Below, one piece after another: positions 53,701 to 62,075 of a stretch of DNA of 64,000 nucleotides. Position numbers and translations under genes: made by a program. This DNA comes from a virus. Each line of letters begins with the position of its first letter. Within the stretch, counting starts at the first letter, position 1. The DNA lies in the IMG/VR virus record IMGVR_UViG_3300043446_001144, positions 1-64,000 of that record. One strand, written 5' to 3'. Under the pieces are notes generated by a model. That model was not told the origin of the DNA and did not search any database. It saw only the letters and a list, made by a program, of their open reading frames with translations.

Positions 53701-54443
53701 TTATTGCCATAGGCTATAGAACGAATGGTTGTAGCACCAAAGTTTGACGTTTGTGTGGCCCAGGTCACTGTATCAGTAGAGGTTCTTAGAGTTCCATTAA
53801 GACCAACTGCTACCCATAGATTATTTGCGTAGGCTACCGCGTGTATGTCAGAAGTACCGAAGTTTGACGTTTGTGTAGCCCAAGTAATGCCGTCAGTAGA
53901 AGTTCTTAAAGTTCCGGTTAAACCAACCGCCACCCATAAGTTATTTCCATAGGCTACGCTTGAATTTGCTACTCCTGCAACTCCAAAGTTATTTGTAGTG
54001 TTAGATTCACGTGGTAACCATGCAGTTCCTATATCTGCTGCTGCTGTACCATCCCATGTGTTAAATGAACCTGTTATCCAAGAGTTATTTGCATAAAGTA
54101 TTTTAGAACTAGTAGATTTCAACGAACTTAAAGACCATACACCTGTTGAAGTATTGTAGAAATCTACAGTCGAGAATGTAGAAGAAATTAACCCAAATAA
54201 ACCATTACCATAGGCTACTGCGTTAGTTGCAGTTACTCCATTACTGGGTTGAGTAGCCCATACAAGAGCGTTAGATTTTCCTAATTTTTTACCTAATGCG
54301 CTTTTAGAGTTCACGAGTACATTTGAATTAGCGGCAATCCATTCAGGTCCTGGACTATCTAATGTAGATTTTACATATACAACATCTCCTATGTTGTATA
54401 CATTAGATGAATTTGGTTCGTTCTTAAACAGCCCTTTGTTCAT
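50784..54443 (-). CDS. 1219-aa Asp-box repeat protein, 28 blades (four 7-bladed propellers); putative adhesin
   Basis: 40-aa repeat AYGNNLWVAGG..GTLRTSTDGITWTTQTSNFG; starts MNKG. Confidence 0.8.
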   Translation of the reverse strand: MNKGLFKNEPNSSNVYNIGDVVYVKSTLDSPGPEWIAANSNVLVNSKSALGKKLGKSNALVWATQPSNGVTATNAVAYGNGLFGLISSTFSTVDFYNTSTGVWSLSSLKSTSSKILYANNSWITGSFNTWDGTAAADIGTAWLPRESNTTNNFGVAGVANSSVAYGNNLWVAVGLTGTLRTSTDGITWATQTSNFGTSDIHAVAYANNLWVAVGLNGTLRTSTDTVTWATQTSNFGATTIRSIAYGNNLWVAGGSAGTLRTSTDGVTWATQTSNFGSQSLYAVAYANNLWVAVGSSGTLRTSTDGVTWTTRTSNFGTTAISTVAYGNNLWVAGGNAGTLRTSTDGITWATQTSNFGTSNISAVAYGSNIWVAVGVSGTVRTSTDGITWTTQTSNFSSTVSSIAYGNGLFVTVGTGGIIRVSNSTSPKWITRTGYGTSLTAMESDGAGRVFVAGPSTTAASMSDLNSVTTWIPQAPILSTTINDISFGNNIWVAVGNSGAISISDNTYSDPGVIWATQTSNTTTTNLNAVAYGNGTLVAVGDNGTLRTTTTVTTWATQTSNTTATLNAVAYGNNLWVAVGNSGTLRTSTDAVTWATQTSTFGTSIINTVTYANNLWVAGGSAGTIRTSTDGITWTTQTSNFGATNVRSIAYGNNLWIAGGNSGTLRTSTDAITWTTQTSNFGSTTINAIAYGNNLWVAAGVGGTLRTSTDGITWTTQTSNFGATTINSVAYGDNLWVAAGQFGTVRTSTDGVTWTTQSANLLSITNTINYLTYVDKFFVSVGESGVIRTTAKSLNWYFQGTPLTNVANEVVKYGNQTFMINTTPRVYKSSSAILSDFGTTWNYVYSNWGTTSIASLAYGNGTFVGVGVSNGILKTSTDGLTWTTQTSNFGLTSINSIAYGNNLWVAGGSAGGIRTSTDTVTWTTQTSNFGTSIINEVAYGNNLWVAGGVGGTLRTSTDGITWATQTSNFGTSDINAVAYGNNLWVAGGVGGTLRTSTDGVTWTTRTSNFGTTAITNVAYGNNLWVAGGANAVRTSTDGITWVTQSAGMSTVNLLDYANNLWIIAGPNTGLLKTSTDAVTWTTRTTNGLSGGLGAGVYGNGIYVAGGTGGSINVSSKSLDWSVQTSFSASVNSLPALSYGNNLWVAGGSAGALKTSTDGITWVTNVATFGTSTIRGIASGGGLFIAARDGTPRIASAVLNAFSFNALSETIDGYTPYIRAY

Positions 54444-56420
54444 TGTTTAATCCATCCCCATATGTTATTTCCTAAGTCTAAATTAGGAAGAGAATTAGGA
54501 GATACCTTTATTAGTCCAATATTAGTAACAACAACCCATAGGTTATTTCCATACGCTATTCCATTATAACTATCAGTTGGTAAAGTGCCTAGATTAAGGG
54601 CATACCATGTCGTGTAATCGGGTGAAACCTTGCCGCCTGCAACGTCAACGCACAACGCCATTGCTTTATTTCCATATAATATTCCTTCAGTTATAGAATT
54701 AATGCCATAACCAGTACCAAGATTTGACGTTTGTGTAGCCCAAGTAACTCCATCAGTAGAGGTTCTGAGAGTTCCTGCGGTACCGCCTGCAAACCATAGA
54801 TTATTTCCATAGGCTATTGCGGTTATGTTTGTAGAACCAAAGTTTGACGTTCTTGTAGTCCAAGTAATTGCATCAGTAGATGTCCGGAGAGTTCCAGCAG
54901 AACCGCCTGCTACCCACAGATTATTTCCATAGGCTACTGAGAGTATTGCTGTAGTACCAAAGTTTGACGTTTGAGTAGTCCAGGTAATTGCATCAGTAGA
55001 TGTCCGGAGAGTTCCGCTATTACCGCCTGCAACCCATAGGTTATTGCCATAGGCTATTGCGTTTATGGAATTAGAGGTATTCGGATTTCTTGTGGTCCAG
55101 GTAATACTATCAGTGGAGGTTCTTAAAGTTCCGTTATTACCAACCGCAACCCACAAGTTATTTCCATAGGCTACTTCATTCAGGACATTATTAGTATTTG
55201 GTGTTTGTGTAGCCCAAATAAGGCCATCAGTAGAAGTTCTGATAGTTGCGCTATTACCAACTGCTACAAAGAGACCGTCTCCATAGGCCACTGAGTTTAG
55301 GCTAACAGTAGTATTAGAAGTTGCAGTAGTCCATATATAAGGATATCCCGCATAGTAGAGAGTATTACCGGGATAAACTGCAGTTCCATTAGCCTTTACC
55401 CAATTGTCACCAGGTTTATCGATTCCAAATTTAATTTCCCCACGATTAAACTGGGTATTGTGTAATGAACGAAGGCCTTTATTCATGAAAACCTACCATA
55501 AATTTTTGGAAGTTCATCATATGATGCTTTTAACTGTACAGGGTATACGCTTTGTTGAGCGTTTGCAGAGGTTGTAGATGTAGTCTTCATTGCTCCCGAA
55601 GTGCCAACCATTACCCATAGATTATTACCATAGAAAATACTAGTAGGATTAATTAAATTAATTGATATGTTAGATGGTTGTGTAGTCCAGTTTACGCCAT
55701 CAGTAGACGTTCGTATATTTTCGGCGTTTCCTATCGCTATCCATAGGTTATTTCCATAGGCTATTGCGTTTATGGTAAAAGAACCAAAATTTGACGTTTG
55801 TGTAGTCCAAGTAATTGCATCAGTAGAAGTCCGGAGAGTCCCTCCAACACCGCCAGCCACCCATAGGTTATTTCCATAGGCTATAGAGGATATGTTTGTA
55901 GAACCAAAATTTGACGTTCTTGAAGTCCAGGTAACTCCGTCAGTGGAGGTTCTTACGACTCCGACAGAACCTCCTGCAACCCATAGATTACTTCCATAGG
56001 CTACTGCGTTTATGCTAGCAGTAGTACTAACTGATTGTGTAGCCCAAGTAACTCCGTCAGTAGAGGTTCTTAAAGTTCCGTTACTACCTCCTGCAACCCA
56101 CAGATTATTCCCGTAGGCTACTGCGGTTATATTTGTAGTACCAAAGGTTGATGTTTGTGTAGCCCATGTAATCCCGTCAGTAGAGGTTCTTAAAGTTCCT
56201 GCGACACCGCCAGCCACCCATAGGTTATTGCCATAGGCTATTGCGTTTATTGCTGTAGTACCAAAATTTGAGGTCTGTGTAGTCCAGGTAATGCCATCAG
56301 TAGAAGTCCGGAGAGTTCCTGCGGCACCGCCAGCCACCCATAGGTTATTTCCATAGGCTATAGAGTTTATATTTGTAGTACCAAAATTTGACGTTTGTGT
56401 AGTCCAGGTAAGAATACGTT
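50880..56420. repeat. 120-bp coding repeat family shared by three adjacent genes
   Basis: For example, taggttatt.ccataggcta recurs at 56221 and 56341; about 42 copies including degenerate ones. Confidence 0.9.
54440..55486 (-). CDS. Single 7-bladed Asp-box propeller protein
   Basis: 7 repeats (one degenerate); starts MNKG; ATGA coupling. Confidence 0.8.
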   Translation of the reverse strand: MNKGLRSLHNTQFNRGEIKFGIDKPGDNWVKANGTAVYPGNTLYYAGYPYIWTTATSNTTVSLNSVAYGDGLFVAVGNSATIRTSTDGLIWATQTPNTNNVLNEVAYGNNLWVAVGNNGTLRTSTDSITWTTRNPNTSNSINAIAYGNNLWVAGGNSGTLRTSTDAITWTTQTSNFGTTAILSVAYGNNLWVAGGSAGTLRTSTDAITWTTRTSNFGSTNITAIAYGNNLWFAGGTAGTLRTSTDGVTWATQTSNLGTGYGINSITEGILYGNKAMALCVDVAGGKVSPDYTTWYALNLGTLPTDSYNGIAYGNNLWVVVTNIGLIKVSPNSLPNLDLGNNIWGWIKQ

Positions 56421-56616
56421 CTGCAGTGTAGATGCTTGGTAACGAATTTACAACAAAAGGATTTGATAAAGTATTTTTTAGTGAATTACTAGGAGAATTT
56501 ATACCGTAAGCAAATAGCCTTAAAACACCGCCCTTAGTTGAGTCCAAAAATAATGAATTAGACTGGTCCTCATTAGTGTTGGGCTTTCGTGAACTTCCAA
56601 ATGTGCCCCTGTTCAA
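55483..56616 (-). CDS. Single 7-bladed Asp-box propeller protein
   Basis: 7 repeats; TTG start giving MNRG. Confidence 0.8.
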   Translation of the reverse strand: MNRGTFGSSRKPNTNEDQSNSLFLDSTKGGVLRLFAYGINSPSNSLKNTLSNPFVVNSLPSIYTAERILTWTTQTSNFGTTNINSIAYGNNLWVAGGAAGTLRTSTDGITWTTQTSNFGTTAINAIAYGNNLWVAGGVAGTLRTSTDGITWATQTSTFGTTNITAVAYGNNLWVAGGSNGTLRTSTDGVTWATQSVSTTASINAVAYGSNLWVAGGSVGVVRTSTDGVTWTSRTSNFGSTNISSIAYGNNLWVAGGVGGTLRTSTDAITWTTQTSNFGSFTINAIAYGNNLWIAIGNAENIRTSTDGVNWTTQPSNISINLINPTSIFYGNNLWVMVGTSGAMKTTSTTSANAQQSVYPVQLKASYDELPKIYGRFS

Positions 56617-56618
56617 AG

Positions 56619-56999
56619 TTAGAAGTCTCCACCAAAAGCAATTACATGATAGGTTTCAGCGTTATTTGTAGTAACGCGAAGAGATGAGCCTGAAGGTAAC
56701 ACGAGTGAGTTAAAAGTAATTGCGGTAGAAAAAGAACTAATTGATGCGCTTGGAGTAGTTGCAGTAATGGCTACCTCTTGAAGAAGAAAGTAAGTTGAAC
56801 CATCATAGATAAAAAGTCGCACTACATTAGCAGTCGATGTTCCTGCTGCAGTGATGTCAACCTCATCAATTCGGCTACCACTTGCACCTGCGGTGAATAG
56901 TGTTCCTACGCTTGTAGGAGCAGTTCTAGACGTGTCAGCAGATGATATAGATACAGCCGAGCAACGTGGGGTTGCTGCAAAATTTGGTGTCGTTGCCAT
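56619..56999 (-). CDS. Small beta-rich fibre-tip/adaptor protein
   Basis: 126 aa, ends GGDF; between the collagen fibre and the propeller genes; AAGGAA RBS. Confidence 0.65.
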   Translation of the reverse strand: MATTPNFAATPRCSAVSISSADTSRTAPTSVGTLFTAGASGSRIDEVDITAAGTSTANVVRLFIYDGSTYFLLQEVAITATTPSASISSFSTAITFNSLVLPSGSSLRVTTNNAETYHVIAFGGDF

Positions 57000-57011
57000 A
57001 TATTTCCTTTG

Positions 57012-59276
57012 TTATCTGAATATAAATGATTGTACCAGCGTATCTGCTGGTACATTGGGGATTAGTCCTTGAGTTCCTTGAAGTCCTTGAGTACCAGTTG
57101 TACCTTGATTTCCCAAAGTACCCTGAACGCCTTGAGTTCCAACTGTTCCTTGAGAACCGATAAAGCCTTGATTTCCAGTAGTGCCCTGAACACCTGTGGT
57201 TCCTTGAGTACCCTGTGCTCCTGTATCTCCAGTTATTCCTATAGTACCTTGGGAACCAGTAACTCCTTGAGTTCCTTGAAGTCCTTGAGTACCAGTTGTA
57301 CCTTGATTTCCGTCTAATCCTTGAATTCCTTGTGTTCCTTGCGTACCAGTCGTTCCCTGCGTACCAACTGTTCCTTGGGCTCCTGTAGTTCCTTGATGAC
57401 CAGTCGTGCCTTGAGTTCCTTGTGCACCCTCAGTCCCTTGAGCGCCTGTTAATCCTTGAGTACCGGTAGTGCCTTGTGTTCCCGTAGTTCCTTGTATACC
57501 AGTCTCTCCTTGTAATCCAAGTGTTCCTTGAGTACCTTGCGTACCAGTGGAACCGGTTGCACCAGTTGCTCCTTGGGCTCCTGTCTGTCCTTGAGCACCC
57601 TCAGTTCCTTGCGCACCTGTTAATCCGTCTGTTCCTTGTATGCCGGTTGTTCCTTGAGAGCCTGTTGTTCCTTGAGAGCCTGTTGTTCCTTGAATTCCAG
57701 TAGTTCCTTGTGCACCCTCAGTCCCTTGAGCGCCTGTTAATCCTTGAGTACCAGTTGTACCTTGTGTTCCCGTAGTTCCTTGTATACCGGTTGTACCCTG
57801 AGAACCAGTTGTTCCTTGGGCTCCAATTGTTCCCTGTGCACCCGTTGTACCTTGAATACCAGATGCAAAAGTTATAAGTTCAATGTTTAAATCATTTGCA
57901 AATCCAGATGTCCCTGTTCCTCCAGACGCTGACAAAGACACTGGTATTTTTACATAACTATTTGAAATTACTATTGCAGAACTAGTGACATCAAATGTTT
58001 GATAGTTATCAGAGTCAGTTTTATCTTGAATAATAATTTGGTCATACTGTTTAATAATTGCCAAAAAGACGTCTATGTCAATCCCTAATTGTGTTAGATG
58101 GTTTACATAGATAAAAGAGGCACTAGTTTGAGAAGAATTATTCCAACGAAGATAGCCCGATGATGGCTGAGAGTCTGTTTGCGAATTAGCATCTGCTTTA
58201 TAGTTGTAATAACTAGAGGAGGTACCGCTGGCTCCAGTTACACCTTGAATGCCTTGAGTTCCAAAAGTTCCCTGAATACCTATTGTTCCTTGAGTTCCTT
58301 GAAGTCCCTGCAATCCTTGCACACCCTGCAAACCATCAGTTCCCTGAGTGCCCTGAGTACCTTGAGACCCAGTAATTCCTTGCGTACCTTGCGCTCCTGT
58401 ATTTCCAATAGCGCCTTGAGTACCCGTCTCTCCTTGAACTCCTTGAGTCCCTTGAACACCTTGAGAACCAGTAGTTCCCTGTATACCTTGATTACCAGTA
58501 GTTCCTTGTACGCCTACTGTTCCTTGAGGCCCCTGTGTTCCCTGTAATCCTTGAAGACCTTCAGAACCAGTTATGCCTTGATGACCTTCGGTTCCTTGAA
58601 CACCTTGAGTTCCTTGAGAACCAGTAGTTCCCTGAATTCCTTGAGTACCTTGTATACCAGTTAACCCTTGAACACCTTGAGTACCAGTCTCTCCTTGTAC
58701 TCCATTTAAGCCTTGAGTACCAGTTGTACCCTGACGACCTTGGATTCCTTGAGTACCAGTTGTACCCTGACGACCTTGAGTTCCTTGAGCACCTGTTGTA
58801 CCTGTAGTTCCTTGAGAACCAGTAGTTCCCTGACTACCCTGTGTACCATTGGCGCCTTGTGTTCCAAAAATACCTTGAGTTCCTTGGGCTCCTGTAGTTC
58901 CAAAAGTTCCTTGAGAACCAGTAGTTCCCTGAATTCCTTGAGTACCTTGAACTCCAACAGTTCCTTGTATGCCTTGAGTTCCTTGAGTTCCTTGTGCTCC
59001 TTGGATTCCTTGCGCACCCAGCGCACCCTGAGTTCCAATTGCTCCTTGAACTCCAACAGTTCCTTGTATGCCTTGAGTTCCCTGCAAACCTTGAGGGCCA
59101 AGATTTCCTTGCGTACCTTGTCGTCCCTGTATTCCTTGAGAGCCAATAGAGCCACCCTGTCCAGCACCGACTGCAACAGACAAGGGGTTAGGAATTTGAA
59201 CACTTACACTTATTTGTAAAGGTTCTCGTCCTTGTACGCCTTGTGGTCCTTGAGTACCTTGAATACCTTGTGTCAC
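57012..59276 (-). CDS. Long collagen-like fibre with two G-X-Q segments separated by a globular domain
   Basis: GTQ/GIQ/GAQ/GTT triplets; non-collagen insert at about 57865-58225; GTGA coupling to the neck gene. Confidence 0.88.
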   Translation of the reverse strand: MTQGIQGTQGPQGVQGREPLQISVSVQIPNPLSVAVGAGQGGSIGSQGIQGRQGTQGNLGPQGLQGTQGIQGTVGVQGAIGTQGALGAQGIQGAQGTQGTQGIQGTVGVQGTQGIQGTTGSQGTFGTTGAQGTQGIFGTQGANGTQGSQGTTGSQGTTGTTGAQGTQGRQGTTGTQGIQGRQGTTGTQGLNGVQGETGTQGVQGLTGIQGTQGIQGTTGSQGTQGVQGTEGHQGITGSEGLQGLQGTQGPQGTVGVQGTTGNQGIQGTTGSQGVQGTQGVQGETGTQGAIGNTGAQGTQGITGSQGTQGTQGTDGLQGVQGLQGLQGTQGTIGIQGTFGTQGIQGVTGASGTSSSYYNYKADANSQTDSQPSSGYLRWNNSSQTSASFIYVNHLTQLGIDIDVFLAIIKQYDQIIIQDKTDSDNYQTFDVTSSAIVISNSYVKIPVSLSASGGTGTSGFANDLNIELITFASGIQGTTGAQGTIGAQGTTGSQGTTGIQGTTGTQGTTGTQGLTGAQGTEGAQGTTGIQGTTGSQGTTGSQGTTGIQGTDGLTGAQGTEGAQGQTGAQGATGATGSTGTQGTQGTLGLQGETGIQGTTGTQGTTGTQGLTGAQGTEGAQGTQGTTGHQGTTGAQGTVGTQGTTGTQGTQGIQGLDGNQGTTGTQGLQGTQGVTGSQGTIGITGDTGAQGTQGTTGVQGTTGNQGFIGSQGTVGTQGVQGTLGNQGTTGTQGLQGTQGLIPNVPADTLVQSFIFR

Positions 59277-60322
59277 TGAGTTATCCCCCTAGTAACGAAC
59301 ACAGTGCCACGCAAAAATGTTTGTTGGTAGTTAACATCGGATGCGGTTGTTGCTTGAATGTCCCAATAACATTTATCGGGTAGACGAGAAGTCTGCGCAC
59401 TAGTTAAAGATATGGTTAATTTGTCATTTTGACCAGCAACGTTAGTGATAGTAAACGTCGCAAGGACTGGCAAACCACCAGGTAATTGACGAATTTCTGA
59501 TTTAAAGGTATATCCAGTAACATCAAATGGGAAGTCAAGAACTGCAGAGAAAGAGTCTCCTTCATACATTGTTAAATCGTAATTAGGAACATTAGACGGA
59601 GCAAGAGTTCCTCCATAAGTTGGCATAGGAAGAGATGCACGTGTAGGAGTTGACTTGTCGTCTACTTCCATTGGTAAGAAGACAGGTACATAACGATTTG
59701 TTGTTTTTGAAACTCGACGCAAAGTAAACACGTCAACTTTAAACAGACCAATACCAAGTTGAGAGCATAGTTCTTTATATTGTTCTTTTCGTGCTTGAAC
59801 CATTTGCATCAATTGTTGAAAACGCTCAGAACGAGGTATAGTGACACCATCTGGTGCAAATACGTTGATATCAAAAGAAGCATCTGTAGCCAAGGTGTAC
59901 AGCGCTAACGATGAAGCATAAATAACTACAGGGTACTCTTCAATAGTAGGAAGATTAAGTAGAGAGGTAGAACGCCCAAAAGGGTCAGTTCTATTTGCGG
60001 AGTGTTCAGCAAAAGCGGTGGTAATAAAGTTGTTTATTTCTGAGTCAGTAAAATACCGATAATAAGTTCCAGAAACAACAATTTCATCTCCAAGAGTAGG
60101 TACCGCGTCCAAAGTGATGTATCCAGTTAATTCTTCTACGTCTGTGGTAGCAGAAACATCGACACCTTCTACAGCGACTTCTAGAGTTACCCCATCTACG
60201 GGCGCATATGGAAGGAGAAAACGATTGGTAGAGCCATCGGCTGTAATAGAGTGGACAAAGGACTTGCCCATATCAGCAATTTCAAACCTGAGACGACTCG
60301 CTAAGTCAGATAGAACAGCCAC
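59273..60322 (-). CDS. Head-tail adaptor/neck protein with C-terminal Ig-like domain
   Basis: LRFEIAD, YFTDSEI, IPRSERF; YEGDSF...YWDIQ...TFLRGTV; GGAGG RBS. Confidence 0.7.
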   Translation of the reverse strand: MAVLSDLASRLRFEIADMGKSFVHSITADGSTNRFLLPYAPVDGVTLEVAVEGVDVSATTDVEELTGYITLDAVPTLGDEIVVSGTYYRYFTDSEINNFITTAFAEHSANRTDPFGRSTSLLNLPTIEEYPVVIYASSLALYTLATDASFDINVFAPDGVTIPRSERFQQLMQMVQARKEQYKELCSQLGIGLFKVDVFTLRRVSKTTNRYVPVFLPMEVDDKSTPTRASLPMPTYGGTLAPSNVPNYDLTMYEGDSFSAVLDFPFDVTGYTFKSEIRQLPGGLPVLATFTITNVAGQNDKLTISLTSAQTSRLPDKCYWDIQATTASDVNYQQTFLRGTVFVTRGITQ

Positions 60323-60384
60323 AAGACCTCCGTTAACGTATCAAAGCCTATAATCTCGCGTAATAGCAATTTAGTAAGCACAAA

Positions 60385-60436
60385 CATAAAAGGTCCGCCC
60401 CAACTGGGAGGAGGGCGGGAACCAGTTGAGGCGGAC
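60385..60436 (-). terminator. Long-stem intrinsic terminator with C-rich loop
   Basis: GUCCGCCUCAACUGG-14-nt loop-CCAGUUGGGGCGGAC followed by CUUUUAUGUUU. Confidence 0.75.
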
Positions 60437-60450
60437 TATTTTTAGACGGC

Positions 60451-60834
60451 TTAGTTAGGCCGCCAAATGTATCCAAGTTGTTCTAAATAATTAGCAAGAT
60501 GAGAAGGAACACGATACTTAACACCAGACTTAAATGTATAACTTTGAGGTGTCCCATTTACAACACCAAAAGTCATATCATCAATATCGGTGATTGTTCG
60601 AATGATTACGTAGTCATTCGACACTGACACGCCTACATTCTCAATTTCATCTAGAACAAGAGGAGCATCTGGTTTCTTTGGGTCAAAGACATCCCGCTCC
60701 ATACTTTCTGCCTCGATTTGATTAGCAATCGAAATTTCTTCTTGACGCTTTTTTAACTCAGCAGCATTCTTTTTTGCTGCTTTTTCGGCTGCAACGCCAG
60801 TTGCATCCAATGGACTTGTTGCTTTATTTGCCAC
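60451..60834 (-). CDS. Capsid-associated hypothetical protein
   Basis: AGGAG RBS before GTG 60834; directly after the major capsid gene. Confidence 0.7.
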   Translation of the reverse strand: MANKATSPLDATGVAAEKAAKKNAAELKKRQEEISIANQIEAESMERDVFDPKKPDAPLVLDEIENVGVSVSNDYVIIRTITDIDDMTFGVVNGTPQSYTFKSGVKYRVPSHLANYLEQLGYIWRPN

Positions 60835-60870
60835 GGTGTTTATTCTCCTAAGTTGTGTGGTTGATGATGC

Positions 60871-60901
60871 CTGGGAGCCAAAGAAGGAGTATGGCTCCCA
60901 G
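60871..60901 (-). promoter_or_regulatory. 10-bp hairpin after the major capsid gene with anti-SD-like loop and no U tract
   Basis: CUGGGAGCCA-UACUCCUUCUU-UGGCUCCCAG. Confidence 0.6.
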
Positions 60902-60914
60902 ACATCGGGTGAAA

Positions 60915-62042
60915 CTAGTTGGTGTAGACCTTGACGATAGCCTGGTCTGTGATGACACCAAGACCCCAAATTGCGTACCAAGCAAGAGCGTGCTCACGAC
61001 CGAAGTCAAGAACACCACCATCGCGAAGTTCGACTGGGAGAGAGATTGCGTGACCAAATGCGTTGTCACCAATCATGATGGATTCATAAACTTCTGCACC
61101 GTTACCAGTTGCAGAAGTCAAATAGCCTGCTTCAGCAGTGTAATCAGCAGACACTGGGTTACCACCTTGACCAGGAGCGGTGTTAGCCTTAACTGGTACT
61201 GAGATTGCTGAAGACGGAGCAGCAGCATCTGTAGAAGTGGTGTAAGAAGCGTTGATAGCCAACTTCTTAACCTGTGTGGTTTCGATGAATACTACGTCGT
61301 AGAGACGTCCAATTTCACCGAGCATGAAGTTACCTGGAGCAGCGTACTTTGTTACTTCGATGAACTCTGGGTTCGAACGAATATCACGTGACTGCTTTGG
61401 ATGTACGAACTGTACATATGTTTCGCCAAGACGTGGGATGTTCTTACCAGCAAGGGTAAGAGCAGCATCCTTGACAGCACCGGTAGTTAACTTGTAGTTA
61501 CCATCGAGTGCAGCGAAGTTTGCAGCGACTGTACCTTCGTTGTACCAGTCGTTTACACCCTGAAGACCTGTGCGGTCATAACCAAACACTGCAGAAGTTG
61601 CAGCAGATAGGGTATTACGTGCCTGTACGTCGAGATACTGCGCCATGTGACGACCAAGAAGACGTGAAGCAGAAGCCATCACGTCATCGAAGGATGCATT
61701 GAGAAGAAGTTCAGAAACTGCTACTGCGTAGCCGTGTTCTGCAACTGTAATAGCAATCTGCTCTGCAGTAAGAGCGTTCGTTGTCATACGAACACCTTCT
61801 GTTAGAGGAGATGGGTCTACTGCGAAGTTCTTGTAACGAAGGAAGTTCACACGAAGACCAGGAGCAACTCCTAGTTCAGTCTTCTTAACAGCGAACTGTT
61901 CGAAACGAAGGATTGGCATTGCCTGGAACAAGATTTCCTTGGACCAGATTGTCTGAATTGCTTGATTGAGGCTTGAATTGGAGCCTGAATAAGCGGTAGG
62001 GGCGCTGGCGAGTTGACCAGTACCTGTAATTGCACTTGCCAT
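60915..62042 (-). CDS. Major capsid protein (N4-gp56-like)
   Basis: FEQFA...G..VNFLRY...LTEGV...EHG...HP...DIR...GEIGRL.DV.FIET...DFGR...AWY. Confidence 0.93.
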   Translation of the reverse strand: MASAITGTGQLASAPTAYSGSNSSLNQAIQTIWSKEILFQAMPILRFEQFAVKKTELGVAPGLRVNFLRYKNFAVDPSPLTEGVRMTTNALTAEQIAITVAEHGYAVAVSELLLNASFDDVMASASRLLGRHMAQYLDVQARNTLSAATSAVFGYDRTGLQGVNDWYNEGTVAANFAALDGNYKLTTGAVKDAALTLAGKNIPRLGETYVQFVHPKQSRDIRSNPEFIEVTKYAAPGNFMLGEIGRLYDVVFIETTQVKKLAINASYTTSTDAAAPSSAISVPVKANTAPGQGGNPVSADYTAEAGYLTSATGNGAEVYESIMIGDNAFGHAISLPVELRDGGVLDFGREHALAWYAIWGLGVITDQAIVKVYTN

Positions 62043-62075
62043 TTAGGTCAAGTCCTTTCTAGATAGTTGTTTGGG

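Noticed and set aside
50880-56420. Repeats as a CRISPR array or a DGR template/variable pair
   Set aside because: They are in-frame coding repeats without unique spacers; there is no reverse transcriptase in the window and variation is not adenine-specific.
44291-59219. Alternative-frame and antisense ORFs over the collagen genes (e.g. 44968-45339, 58179-58547, 58706-59203, 58713-59219)
   Set aside because: By-products of low-complexity triplet repeats, with no RBS or motif support.
44147-59276. Collagen fibres as the main substrates of the P4H-like enzyme
   Set aside because: The repeats have very few prolines, and those seen are in the X position (GPQ/GPL); the VTPP stalk is a better candidate.
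7071-60981. Longest-ORF starts from the track (7877, 9391, 11880, 13200, 15897, 18474, 19372, 38258, 43508, 60981)
   Set aside because: They overlap upstream genes or lack an RBS; downstream starts with an SD or stop-start coupling were used instead.
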